From a virus: a stretch of 64,000 nt of DNA. Shown piece by piece: positions 36,790 to 47,752 of this stretch. The DNA lies in IMG/VR virus record IMGVR_UViG_3300019850_000189, positions 96,001-160,000 of that record. The stretch is one strand, 5' to 3'. A model generated the notes under the pieces. It searched no databases. It worked only from the letters and a program-made list of their open reading frames with translations, and was not told the origin of the DNA. The stretch's first letter is position 1, and each line of letters opens with the position of its first letter. The translations under genes were made by a program, and so were the position numbers.

Positions 36790-37224
36790 GAGGGCTACAT
36801 AATGAGTTATGATGAGCACGATACACATTATGGTGAATTGGAACAAATAATTAATAATAATATTGTGGAAACAGCGGGGTGCGGAGTTAAGAGTTGGGGC
36901 GCAATATCCAGCGCGCTTAAAACAGATCAGTTCAATGCCTGGTTATATAAAAAGGGAGCAGGCACATTAGTGGCATCGGTCTGGCTTGCCTGGAATAATC
37001 ATAAAAACACATGGAGTGTTCAAGCTATTCCAGCTCGTGGTACATCTTTTGTAAGCAGATCTGTTGTAAGAATTTATACCAGCTTTGCTGATGCTAAAGC
37101 ACGATGGCAAACACTTATTAACAATAAAATACAAGAAGCCAGTTAAGGAGACATATATAGATATAAGGACCAGACTTGCGGGCGGTCTTAAAACAAAAAG
37201 ATGTGTTATCTAAGGAGGCACACA

Positions 37225-37659
37225 ATGACAAATTTAATTAATTTAACAGACAGTTTTTTCCACCTCAACAAATTTGATGTACTATTCAGAGATCTATTCG
37301 ACTCTGATATGGCATTCAACTCTATGATCGACGTCAAGCCAAACTATCCAGTAGATATAAAGGAGACCAAAGACAGCCTAGAAATTGACATCGCCGCCAT
37401 TGGGCTCGATAAGAAAGCCATCAAGCTGCAGATAGAAGATAATGACACTCTAATTGTAGAGTACAAAAAGCAGAATGAAACTGAAAGTGATGCGAGATAT
37501 TTATGCAGAGGCATTACTCGTAAAGCTTTTCGGTTTGCCTGGAAAATCGCACCCAAATTCAACATTAATGCGATAAAGGCAGAAATGGAGAATGGACTTC
37601 TTCAGTTGAAGATTCCCGTTTCTCCAGAAGCATCACCAAAATTAATCGATATTAAATGA
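37225..37659 (+). CDS. small heat-shock protein (Hsp20)
   Basis: YPVDIKE, RGITRKAFRFAW, AEMENGLLQLKIP; AGGAGG RBS. Confidence 0.92.
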   Translation: MTNLINLTDSFFHLNKFDVLFRDLFDSDMAFNSMIDVKPNYPVDIKETKDSLEIDIAAIGLDKKAIKLQIEDNDTLIVEYKKQNETESDARYLCRGITRKAFRFAWKIAPKFNINAIKAEMENGLLQLKIPVSPEASPKLIDIK

Positions 37660-37688
37660 CCCAATGCCGCCCGCGGGTCTTTTTTTTT
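37658..37688 (+). terminator. putative intrinsic terminator
   Basis: GACCC/GGGTC stem followed by a long T run. Confidence 0.6.
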
Positions 37689-37698
37689 AGGAGTTACA

Positions 37699-38049
37699 AT
37701 GATGCGCAAGCGAAGAGCACTATATGCGTTCAATTACATAACCATTTCTCTTATGGCATGTTACAGCATAATTAATAATATTTCGATTCTAGCTGGAGTT
37801 ATAATGGTTATAATCAGTTTTATATTTTTATTTCTCCTTGTAACATATATATTCAGTAAAGAAGAGGGAGATTATTATATGGCTTCTGCTGTTTTAAATA
37901 CTATATTAATAATTGTGTTTTTCGGTATTGCAATTCTTGCGAGTGCTATGCATATACCCAAAGTGCTCTACATAATATCATTAATCTTAGGGGTCATGTT
38001 TAGCATAAACTTTATAAGCGTAACAAATAAAAATAATTCCAGGGAGTAA
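37699..38049 (+). CDS. multi-pass (about 4 TM) membrane protein
   Basis: Four hydrophobic stretches. Confidence 0.7.
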   Translation: MMRKRRALYAFNYITISLMACYSIINNISILAGVIMVIISFIFLFLLVTYIFSKEEGDYYMASAVLNTILIIVFFGIAILASAMHIPKVLYIISLILGVMFSINFISVTNKNNSRE

Positions 38050-38051
38050 AA

Positions 38052-38939
38052 ATGAATAAAAAGCTTAATATAAGCTATGAAAAAAGTTTTGAATTAAAAT
38101 GCGGTACCAATGAGCACCAAGCTGCAGCTCTCTATGCTGGGGATGAAATGGACATACCCCGAAAAGTTAGTGGGGGCAATTTAACATACAATGATTTATT
38201 GGATATGGATGTGGCCGCCAACATTGTTGCAGAATTCAAAGAACAAGCTTTCGCAATAACTGAGATGGCTAATCCAGTTTGTGCTTTCTTGTCGGTCAAC
38301 CCAGCCAGAGTACTTTTAGAATCAGCCAGTGACAAGATAAATCTAAATGGCAAATGTATTGCCACTAATATGAAAATGGGCAATGGCATTATTAGGTATT
38401 TTATGGAAAGCGGAAATGTTCCAGAATCGGTTGTAGCTCCCTCATATGATGACTATGGTTTGGAGCTTGCGGTAAAAAATCTTCCGAAGCTCAAAGTTTA
38501 TAATACAAATGTGAGACAAATGGCATTTACCGAAATGCGCGTAACAAGATGGGGAATTCTGTGGCAGGAGGCAGATAACATTCCCGAAAAACTCAATAAT
38601 GATGAAAAGCTGGCGTGGGCGGTTGTTAAACATGCCAGAAGTTATGCTGTAGTATGGGTAAAGAATAATACAACTGTTAGAATTATGCATTCACTTAATA
38701 GCATCAATGATGCTATTTCTAATAATATGAGTGAAATGATCTATACTAATTATAAAAATAAAATGTTTAAGCTATATGATGCCATTGTCGCAACCGATAT
38801 CCCATTCAAGAACGAACAGGCAGCAATGCCCCTCATTCAAAAACACAAAAAAACAATCATATTTCCTGGGACACTATATGGAGATGAGCCTACCAAAAAA
38901 CTAAAATTGATGAAATTCAATCATCTACGTTTAAGTTAA
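38052..38939 (+). CDS. degenerate AICAR transformylase (PurH C-terminal) domain protein
   Basis: LKCGTNEHQAA~LRYGENPHQ, LTYNDLLD~LSYNN..D, VVAPSY~IIAP.Y, AWAVVKHARS~AWKVVKHVKS; catalytic KH replaced by EM. Confidence 0.72.
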   Translation: MNKKLNISYEKSFELKCGTNEHQAAALYAGDEMDIPRKVSGGNLTYNDLLDMDVAANIVAEFKEQAFAITEMANPVCAFLSVNPARVLLESASDKINLNGKCIATNMKMGNGIIRYFMESGNVPESVVAPSYDDYGLELAVKNLPKLKVYNTNVRQMAFTEMRVTRWGILWQEADNIPEKLNNDEKLAWAVVKHARSYAVVWVKNNTTVRIMHSLNSINDAISNNMSEMIYTNYKNKMFKLYDAIVATDIPFKNEQAAMPLIQKHKKTIIFPGTLYGDEPTKKLKLMKFNHLRLS

Positions 38940-38999
38940 ATCTATTTCTTTTTCCATGGTAACTTCTTACAAAAATTCACTTCAGAAAGATCACAGCCT

Positions 39000-39394
39000 T
39001 TAGGCAGTGATTAGTTCACTAACGACATTTAGTTTGGCTTTCACGTCATTATAGGCAACACCTTCATCAACCAACTTTTTAACTCTCTGCAGATAAGATT
39101 TTCAATTTGCGCCAAGCCTTTCGGATGCTTTATTCCATACGATAAGCCAATCGCCGCGCGACAAAGTTTTCTTTTGTGCAATGGATGGTTTCTTCGCTTT
39201 AGTGTCAGCCATTTGAGCCGGGGCTTTTCTACCTCTCATAACTCTTATTGCAATTGTAATGGCCATCTGAGCTTTGGATTCTTCGTCACTCACTGCTTCC
39301 TGTTGGTTCAATATTGAAACATAAGCATGATATCAAAAGGCCTAATTTCGCCTTTGGCGTAATAGGCTTCATCTATAACATTTGTTAAATCCAC
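39000..39394 (-). pseudogene. disrupted hypothetical gene (1-nt frameshift + in-frame TGA)
   Basis: RBS + GTG at 39394; frame breaks at about 39311; TGA at 39102-39104 is followed by 33 more sense codons. Confidence 0.55.
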
Positions 39395-39395
39395 T

Positions 39396-39782
39396 TTATT
39401 TTACCTCGATAGATTTTATTATTGCCCGTTTTATTTCAAAAAAATTAAATGTATCTATTGTTTCAATATGCGAAAAAGCTTTTCTTTTAGATAGATCTAT
39501 TGAGTACTTATCTTCATTTCTAAAAAACCTCATGAATTCTTCAGTTGTAATTTCTATAAGCTCTCTTTGAGATGGATCGACAGCTTCCAGTGAAGTAATC
39601 CAGCCAGTAAGGACGCCTTTATCGCCAGGCTCAGTTGTTATAACAACATCACTTAAGATTAATATTCTATCATCAGGATTATGACTATCTAGCTTATATT
39701 CTCCTGCATATGACCATTCATAGACAAAAACCAGCTCGCCCTTTGAAACACGATCGAATTTACTTCTATTATATATTATCAT
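39396..39782 (-). CDS. hypothetical protein, paralog family B
   Basis: VFVYE...ILSDVVITTEPG..G.LTGW...EAV.P. Confidence 0.75.
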   Translation of the reverse strand: MIIYNRSKFDRVSKGELVFVYEWSYAGEYKLDSHNPDDRILILSDVVITTEPGDKGVLTGWITSLEAVDPSQRELIEITTEEFMRFFRNEDKYSIDLSKRKAFSHIETIDTFNFFEIKRAIIKSIEVK

Positions 39783-39815
39783 AGCTCCTGCCGTTTCGAT
39801 TTAGTGGAAACCCTT

Positions 39816-40184
39816 TCATTTTAGTTCAATACCCTTGATCATTATTTTTTTCAAGTTACTATATTCTGAGCCCTCTAATACCTCAACGTGGCTGAGACTA
39901 TTCACCGCTCCAAAATCCCAACTCCATTGACGCACATCCAGAAAAAAGTCTGACAATGCTTCGCGGGTTATTTCTTTAATATCCTCTTTCGTTGGTCCAA
40001 CCGCCTCCATATGGAAACCCCATCCGGTTAGGTACCCCGGCCTGCCTGGCTGGGTGGTAATGATAATTTCACTTAGCACCAGCACTTGTTCATGCGGAGA
40101 GTCATAATCAAATTCATGTTCATAAACATATACTATACTTCCCGCTTTGATGTTAATAAATTTTTTTCTATCATAGATTACCAT
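39816..40184 (-). CDS. hypothetical protein, paralog family B
   Basis: VYVYE...VLSEIIITTQPG..G.LTGW...EAV.P. Confidence 0.75.
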   Translation of the reverse strand: MVIYDRKKFINIKAGSIVYVYEHEFDYDSPHEQVLVLSEIIITTQPGRPGYLTGWGFHMEAVGPTKEDIKEITREALSDFFLDVRQWSWDFGAVNSLSHVEVLEGSEYSNLKKIMIKGIELK

Positions 40185-40582
40185 AATTTCTGCTGTTTTG
40201 CCTCCTCTGGATAGTATACTTTTTCCAGATAAGCATTAATAACTTTAAGTTTTTCACTATTAGTTTTAGAATTTCTTAGAGCATCCAATATGCCAGATTT
40301 GAAGTATAACTCTGAGGATCCATATAGTATAATTTCATAATTAGCAAAATTATTTTGCTTGGATAATACTCCTAAAATATAAACCACATTCTGTGTTATT
40401 TCATATTCATTATTACCAAGTTTCTTATCTATATAGATAATTTTATTGGCATCATCGATAGATACATTCGCTCCTGCAATCCCGTATTCTGATAGAAATG
40501 ACTGTAAATCACCTTCTGTCATTGAAAATACAGGAATGAATACCATCAAAAATATTATTAATAAAACAACTTTTTTTATCAT
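40178..40582 (-). CDS. secreted protein (Sec signal peptide)
   Basis: MIKKVVLLIIFLMVFIPVFS. Confidence 0.7.
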   Translation of the reverse strand: MIKKVVLLIIFLMVFIPVFSMTEGDLQSFLSEYGIAGANVSIDDANKIIYIDKKLGNNEYEITQNVVYILGVLSKQNNFANYEIILYGSSELYFKSGILDALRNSKTNSEKLKVINAYLEKVYYPEEAKQQKLW

Positions 40583-40842
40583 TATTTTATATCCAATTTG
40601 CCCTTTATTTTGGCTAAGTCAATCCTAATTTCGCTAACATTTGATTCATTCAGCGCTATTCCGGCACCATTTCGTTTGATCTCGGATTGCACTGTTAGTA
40701 AATGTTCCTCTATGCGAATAAGTGTTTCTCTGTTCTTGCGCGAACGGTTTAATGATGTGCTGACGAAAGTCGCCGCGCTTGCTATAATTGCTGCTATTAT
40801 GATCATTGCCAGCTGTTTGTTAAAGTCCTTGAAGAAGCTCAT
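40582..40842 (-). CDS. single-TM coiled-coil protein (holin/XhlA-like architecture)
   Basis: N-terminal TM followed by heptads. Confidence 0.5.
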   Translation of the reverse strand: MSFFKDFNKQLAMIIIAAIIASAATFVSTSLNRSRKNRETLIRIEEHLLTVQSEIKRNGAGIALNESNVSEIRIDLAKIKGKLDIK

Positions 40843-40909
40843 TTTTATGTCCTTTTGGCTTAAGATTCATTATTTATCTTTGTTGCTTGTTACATATATA
40901 TTCGCAAAG

Positions 40910-41236
40910 ATGAAAGAATTAAAATATAAATGTGTTTGTGGTGCCGCTTTTGAGGAGCTTGAAGAGCTCCAGTCTCATCAAATGGTATGTGTGCTTTTTC
41001 GCAAAAGCATAATAAAGCAGATGCCTAAACACAAAGAGAAACAACAGATTAAAGTGGGAGTAAAAAATGTTTCAAATAAGATTATCAAAGACGAAAAACC
41101 TCCGGGAGAAGAAGAGCATATTAAAAGAGTGCCTTATAAAACAACAAGACGCAGCACAAAAAGCTCATCGGGTGCTTCATTGGACAAGAGCAACAATCAG
41201 AAGATTGAAACGCCTGAAAATGAGAAATCCAGCTAA
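40910..41236 (+). CDS. C2HC/C2H2-type zinc finger protein
   Basis: YKCVCGAAF...LQSHQMVC; ACATATATA motif just upstream. Confidence 0.5.
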   Translation: MKELKYKCVCGAAFEELEELQSHQMVCVLFRKSIIKQMPKHKEKQQIKVGVKNVSNKIIKDEKPPGEEEHIKRVPYKTTRRSTKSSSGASLDKSNNQKIETPENEKSS

Positions 41237-42479
41237 CCTGGAAATGGACCATCCATTTGAGTTAGGCAATGAGAAAAAGCTTCATTGGATTGATATAATG
41301 ATAAAATTGCCGCACCTGTTTCGCTGGAAGTGGGATTACGTATATAGCATATATTCCGAAACAGTCTGGAGAGTTCAAGAAAGCGAAGCGCGTGAGCTGG
41401 GATTTGATTACCCAATGAAAAATCCCAAAGATAATGTTGATAAGTTTAGATGCATATATACTGAAGCTGAAGCCATAATGGAGAATGAACTAATTCATTA
41501 TTATGAAGAATGGGTAAAAATTTTTATTCCACAATTTACTAAACGTATAAAAACGGGGACATATGGAAAACGATAATGTTGGAATTAGGGATTGGCGGAA
41601 ACTCACAAGCAATTCGGTAGAAAATTACACAATTAAAGATATGATGTCTGTCATATCTCTGAATCTGGAAGAGTTTCTTCGAAGCAAAGATGAGAATTAT
41701 GTGACAGATGCCTTAAACTTACTTGACACAATTCTTTTGACCTATAAGTGCGAAAAAATAGATGAACATTATCTATTCACGCCCAATCATGAATTGTTTG
41801 TAATTAGCACACCAATATATGTAGGGAGATAAAAAACATGACCAAGGAACAACTTAAGAAAAGGGTCGCAAAATTTCAAGAAGAAACAACAACAAATAAA
41901 ATTGGCGAGGCTGAAATGTTCGCGAGGAGAAAGATGGCTCAATTTCTTATTATGGAGCGTAAATATACGGAGCATATTATAATGAATGGCCTTGAGGCCA
42001 AAGTGAAAATTAATATGGAAATTGAACTTTCGGAGAAAGGTGGTTAATGTGCACGACGCAATAGTTAAAATGAGGAATGAAGAAGTAATAAAAATATCCA
42101 TGTGTAAAGAACACTCTCAATCGGAGAGTGGCACACTTATTATAGAGAATCATCTGGGAGAAAAATATCTATTTTCTCCTTACAATTTTTTGTATGCAAA
42201 ATTCATACCAGCAGACGAGAAGGTAAAATGACCATAAAATTGCATATGATAGATGGCAAAGTTGTCATCAAAAGTCAGCAAGATGATAAATCTCACATCT
42301 TATTCACAGATCCTAAATTTTCTTTAATAGGTCATATTAATAAATTTCACTATGATGGGGATAAACTTATTGTAGATGAAATGAATATCGAACGCTTAAG
42401 TGTGATCCCTGAAATGCCATCGCAGTAAATTTAGAGAGAGCATAGAGTCGGGTTTTATTAAAAATCGAGGGGACATTTC

Positions 42480-43103
42480 GTGGAATTGAGGCAGAAATAT
42501 TTATGTGGAGATATGAAGTATGAGAATTTCGAAAATAAGCACAAGGGACAAACTCTGTATGTAATAGGCACTGGTGCCTCATTGAGGGATTTTGATTGGA
42601 ACAAAATAAGGGATGAAAACACATTGGCCTACAACAAATCAGTATTTCATATTCCATTTTGGCCAACTTATTATTGGATATGGGATAGAAATGGCAATGA
42701 AGAAAACATTTATAATTTAATGGATTTCGCACCGCTTTCCAAGTTCAGTAAATATAGATGGATTCAGGTAAAGAGATTACCAGTAGGAGATCAAAGATTG
42801 TTCGGGTCGGAGGGATTACGAAGAGCGGGTAGTTCAGCCATTTATGCTATAGAGCTGGCGCTTTGGATGGGTTTTGAAAAAATCATTATACTTGGTCAAG
42901 ATATGTATGTTGATCGATGGTATTCATTCTGGCAGAAGGTAGAAACTCCAGCATCGTTCAAGGCCAATAAAGTCAAATGGTTTGGCCGCGAGTTGCTGAA
43001 CGAGTTTCGTAGATTTGAACAAATGAAGGATCGGATATTGGTAGGCCATAGTCCAAGAAGCTTGTTGGTGCAAAATGGCATCTTAAACCATATAGAGACA
43101 TAA
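42480..43103 (+). CDS. DUF115/Maf (MptE-like) family protein
   Basis: HKGQTLYVIGTGASL, S.A.YAI.LA.WMGFEKIIILGQD. Confidence 0.75.
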   Translation: MELRQKYLCGDMKYENFENKHKGQTLYVIGTGASLRDFDWNKIRDENTLAYNKSVFHIPFWPTYYWIWDRNGNEENIYNLMDFAPLSKFSKYRWIQVKRLPVGDQRLFGSEGLRRAGSSAIYAIELALWMGFEKIIILGQDMYVDRWYSFWQKVETPASFKANKVKWFGRELLNEFRRFEQMKDRILVGHSPRSLLVQNGILNHIET

Positions 43104-44196
43104 AGGTTAGCATATGAAACACTTTAAAAAGGGAGATGTGTTTCTCCTCAGCGCCATAAACTCAGACAATCAAATAAGCAGCGAGAGCCTTGTAAAGCTC
43201 ACAAGTGATTCTTCTGCAGGTTATGCTAATGGCATAACGTTAAATGATTATATTATATCTGGCATAGCACATTATGATGATCGCGTATTCATACTTTTAA
43301 ATATGGTAAATGCCCATTTTTATATTAATGAAAAAGATTTTTTAATATCGCAAGATATCAATACTATTATGAACTTCAAAAAGAAATATTTGGATAGTAT
43401 ATTTACTTGTAAAAATAGAATGAAATAGCGGATAACCAAATGGAATTAGAACAACTGAAGAACTTAAAAAAGGGAACTAATTTTGTATTTAGCTACACCA
43501 ACAGCATATTTGTTAATATATTTTTTGCAAGTGTATTAAAGATATCAGAAGTTCGACATGAAAAATATATCTTAAAGCACATCGAGACAGTACATTTCAG
43601 TTTCAATGAAAGGACAAATGAAGCTACAATTATGATTTACAGTAATAATCCATATAGCATACCAATACAATTTGATAGAGGTTTTGCAGAATATTATCAT
43701 ATAGAATCAAACAAATTTAGAGAAGGCAAGCTGGCTATTCTTAGCCAATTATTTGGTGCGAGTACAGTAAAATTTCAATAAAGAAATCAAAGTGAGATAT
43801 GAAAAAAAAAATTATAGAAGAGAATCATTCGCAAGTAATCCTTGAAGAGTTAAAAATAGTAAAAAACATTGCGTATATTATGGCACACACAGAAGAGGAT
43901 GCAGACTATGATAAGTTTCTTCATCGTATTGCAAAAGACAGTCTCAATAATGCAATTACGCTATGGAAACGCGTTAAAAATAAAAACTTCACCTCAGGGA
44001 TTTTAGATGAAAATATCGATAAGAATGGCCGTAAAATTGCCAAGCAAATTAAAAAACATATAAAATATTACGAGGGTGTTTTGGCAAATAAAATAACTAA
44101 GAAAGAAAGAGAACTTTACGAATATATTATAAAGAACAAAAAGAGGCATTTGGCAATTTTAAATCAAGTAATAGAAGATTAATTAAGGAGATAAAA

Positions 44197-44451
44197 ATGG
44201 ATAGAAAACAAAAAAATGCTGTTAAAAAATGTTTTAATGCTGTCAGTGCTCTTGTTCAAGAGCGGAAAGATGTTAATACTCAGATAAATGAAGAGTTTAA
44301 AATAACATCAAAAGATATTGGCTGGTCAGTTCAAGGCCTTAAAAATGGTTTCTCTCTATATAAGAGAGGAGTGAGACTGGAAGACATCAACGAACTATAT
44401 GAGGTGTTCGTTGAAATGGATAGTCCCGACAGCCCAGAAGAAGATGAATGA
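44197..44451 (+). CDS. possible dsDNA-binding protein (T4 DsbA-like)
   Basis: Size, helical pattern and ...SLYK...ELYEVF tail resemble T4 DsbA. Confidence 0.35.
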   Translation: MDRKQKNAVKKCFNAVSALVQERKDVNTQINEEFKITSKDIGWSVQGLKNGFSLYKRGVRLEDINELYEVFVEMDSPDSPEEDE

Positions 44452-46282
44452 AATTGCTGGATAAGAAACAATAAATTATAGAGGAAAATTAATATGGATG
44501 AACTCGGAAAGCTCAGAATACGAGGTAAGGTGCTTAAAAAAAGTCTGGAGCCTAAAGAAAGAGAGAACGCAGTAAAAGAGCCAAAACAAAATGAACCTAT
44601 CTATATTACCATGGAAGAAGCTAAAAAACTGGTCGAGGAAGAGGCTAAAAAACAACTTGTAGAAGTACAAGAAAAAATTCGAAAAATGGAAGAAGATACA
44701 GCAGGAAGAACAGACTTCGCTCATGACAAAATAGATCAGGAACCAAATGAAAAAAGCATTCCTCCATCATACGATCCCGATAAATCGGAGGTGGTAGTGA
44801 CTGCCAGAACTATAGTTGACAAAGGCAACTATTTAAACATCTACCGGCTTGGTACTCTTATCTCACAGGTGGCTGATTTAATTGTTGGTGAATACTCCGA
44901 CATGCAAAGTGTAGTAGCCGAGCATACTGGTAAAATGCTCAAAGAATATACAGCTCATCTTAATGAATTTGTTTCTCGCTTGTAACAAAGTTCTAAATTG
45001 GGAGTAATGATAATGTCAGATGAAACCGAGAGAGCAATGCTGGTTGAGTTAAAGAAAATAAGTCATTTTTTAGAGCTTCTGTATAATTTATTTTCCAAGT
45101 ATGACTCGCAAGCTTTGCTTGAACTGGAGGAACTGCGAGCCGCAGAAGAAAAACCAAGAAAATGATCTCAGCATTGATCAATATTAGTTACCATGTCAAT
45201 ACCTCATCTATAACGCAGATAATTAGAATTGATGCCAAAAGGGGCCACTTAAAATATTTTTTGAATAACAAATATATCGCAGGTAGAAAACTGGATAATA
45301 AGTTGCGCGGCTATTACATAGGAGATGGTACCAATATTATCTTTCAGAAAGAAGCTATACATAAAAATGTAATAGCTATCACATACAAGATAATTGGAAG
45401 CATTAAGAAGAATTTTGATGATATTGAATTTACAATTTTTGCTCCGGTTCCAGGAAAATTTCTTTGTTTGGACTGCCGATATTTCAGAGATGAATATAAT
45501 CGCTGTTTATATTTCAAAAAGATGAATATTAAATTTAAAAAACACTGCGTAGCATATGAACAGAAGTTCTAATAGGAGAAATAAATGACAGATTCGGAAC
45601 GGTTTATGGAGATATTTCACCGCAATATCCTAACCAAATATGAAATAGAAAACGAAATTGTCAGATCTGGGTTCAACACAAGCTTTGAGGAACTGCTTAA
45701 AAAAGGCTATATTAGGCCAACAGGAAGATCATATCAAAATCATGAGTTTTATGCCCCTAATGTCCAATCATGGATAAAGGCAAACTATCCTGTATCCAGA
45801 TTGGAAGCTATAGATTTAGGGGCCAATTACCGAATGCCTCTCCGGTTCGAGAAATGGTTTGTTGATTATTTACGTAATGAGCTTAAGTGGAATCAAAATC
45901 AAATCCTATTGTGGTGGAACTCGGCATTTGGCCGTTCTTTTGCCGATGCTTACATGCCCAAAGCGATAACAGAACTTAATACCAGGCAAAAATTTATAAA
46001 TGAGATTAAAAAAGAAAAAGAGCGTTTTCAGAATGAACTGGCGACCTTACGCAAAGAAGAACCGAATTATAACAAGCAATCTGCAGAAAAATATTATAGT
46101 CAATCCTCCAGTCTAACAGCAAATAATATGATCAGTTCTATTTTTCACAAGGAGGCCATCATAAAGGATGCTGTAACACTTAAATATTTTGCACGGTTTA
46201 AACCTGAATTCATTAAATACACCTTTGAAAAAAGTCCGCACTACATCCTATAAAATACTTATGAATCACAAGGAGATCAAAA

Positions 46283-47152
46283 ATGAGTGTAAATCAAACA
46301 ACAAAATTACCTGGTGATGCGCAGCTGCTACTGCAACATCAAAAAACGCTGTATGATACGAGTATCAAACAACAACGTAAAAATTCATTGATCACAATCA
46401 TAGTTCTGGGCGTTATGCTGTCAATAGCTTTATATTGGTTAGTCAATAACTATCTCAAGTGGCAGATGGAAAAAACCGCCACAACACGCGCCTATGAATT
46501 GGAAATAGAAAAAGTTAACAATAGGGCGCACTATATTAAAAATGCCATTATTGGTGATTATTATATTGACGATAAAAAGAAATTTGAAGATTTTATGTTG
46601 ACGGGCTCCTGGATAATTACAAAAAAATATCATGAGTATAAAAAAAAGATTAAATCTAATAAATTTGCCTCCATGAATAACAAAGAAATAAGAAAATATC
46701 TGGAGATAAGTTTCAAAGGTGCGCAGCTTGTGGGAATTGATCCATATCTGCTTCTGGCTGTGGATAGTGTGGAGAGCGAATATGATAAAAAAGCCAAAAG
46801 CAAGGCTGGGGCCCTAGGGATTTGTCAATTTATGCCGTTAACAGCCAAACTAATTGCAAATTCTTCTACTAATTATACAATATTACAGGTAGATGGTTAC
46901 GAACCAAAAAGGTTGTATGATCCTGTGTATTCAAAAAAGCTACAAATAAGATTTTTACATGATTTATTTGTGTATTTTGATGGCCGAGTTGAATGGGTCT
47001 TACTGGCTTATAATTGGGGCCCAGATGTAACCGCTAAAAAAAAGTGGGCCGATGGTGATGCTGTTTTTTCTGATCTAGACAAGGAACAGCAAGAATACGC
47101 TACAAAAGTACTTAATGTCTATAATCAACTCAAGATGGGAGTCAAGAATTAA
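46283..47152 (+). CDS. membrane-anchored lytic transglycosylase (SLT domain)
   Basis: VES.Y...A.S.AGALGICQFMP.TA, LLAYNWGP; TM near the N-terminus. Confidence 0.92.
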   Translation: MSVNQTTKLPGDAQLLLQHQKTLYDTSIKQQRKNSLITIIVLGVMLSIALYWLVNNYLKWQMEKTATTRAYELEIEKVNNRAHYIKNAIIGDYYIDDKKKFEDFMLTGSWIITKKYHEYKKKIKSNKFASMNNKEIRKYLEISFKGAQLVGIDPYLLLAVDSVESEYDKKAKSKAGALGICQFMPLTAKLIANSSTNYTILQVDGYEPKRLYDPVYSKKLQIRFLHDLFVYFDGRVEWVLLAYNWGPDVTAKKKWADGDAVFSDLDKEQQEYATKVLNVYNQLKMGVKN

Positions 47153-47752
47153 TGAGATGATAGATTATATAATCCCGATGTCTTTGTGGCAATTTGAGAA
47201 GCCAGAGGATAGAGAATTCAAGCAATGCTTGGTTTTAACAAATCTACAACCATTGTGGCCAAAGATAATTTGTGTGAATATAACCACATGGAGGCATAAA
47301 ATGGCACCTTGGGGCATAGCAGATGTAGATAAACACAAAAAAGGTCTCACCAAAAAACAGAAAAAGAAGTGGGTAGCTATCGCCAATGCTATACTCAAGA
47401 GAACTGGAAATGAAGGAATGGCGATCGCCACTGCCGACAAAAGATCAGTAAGTGAAGACATGGCATTTATGATAGAATACATCGCTACCAGTGAAGGTTT
47501 AGCCGGTTCAGATAAAATAAATAAATCTCCCATTGACACTTTTGATATTGGTAATAGACACATGATAAATCTAGATATTCCACTCAAGGCTAAAAAATCC
47601 AGAAAACGTAAAAAAAAAGCATAGCTACACCTACCTTTAAATTCCAAGAGCCAATACGTCAGACCGGTATGGGAAGGTGGCTCAAAGATCCCAATTATTT
47701 CCGTAACATAACCAGAAGCTCTTATTAGCACAAAGCATATATAGGTGGTACA

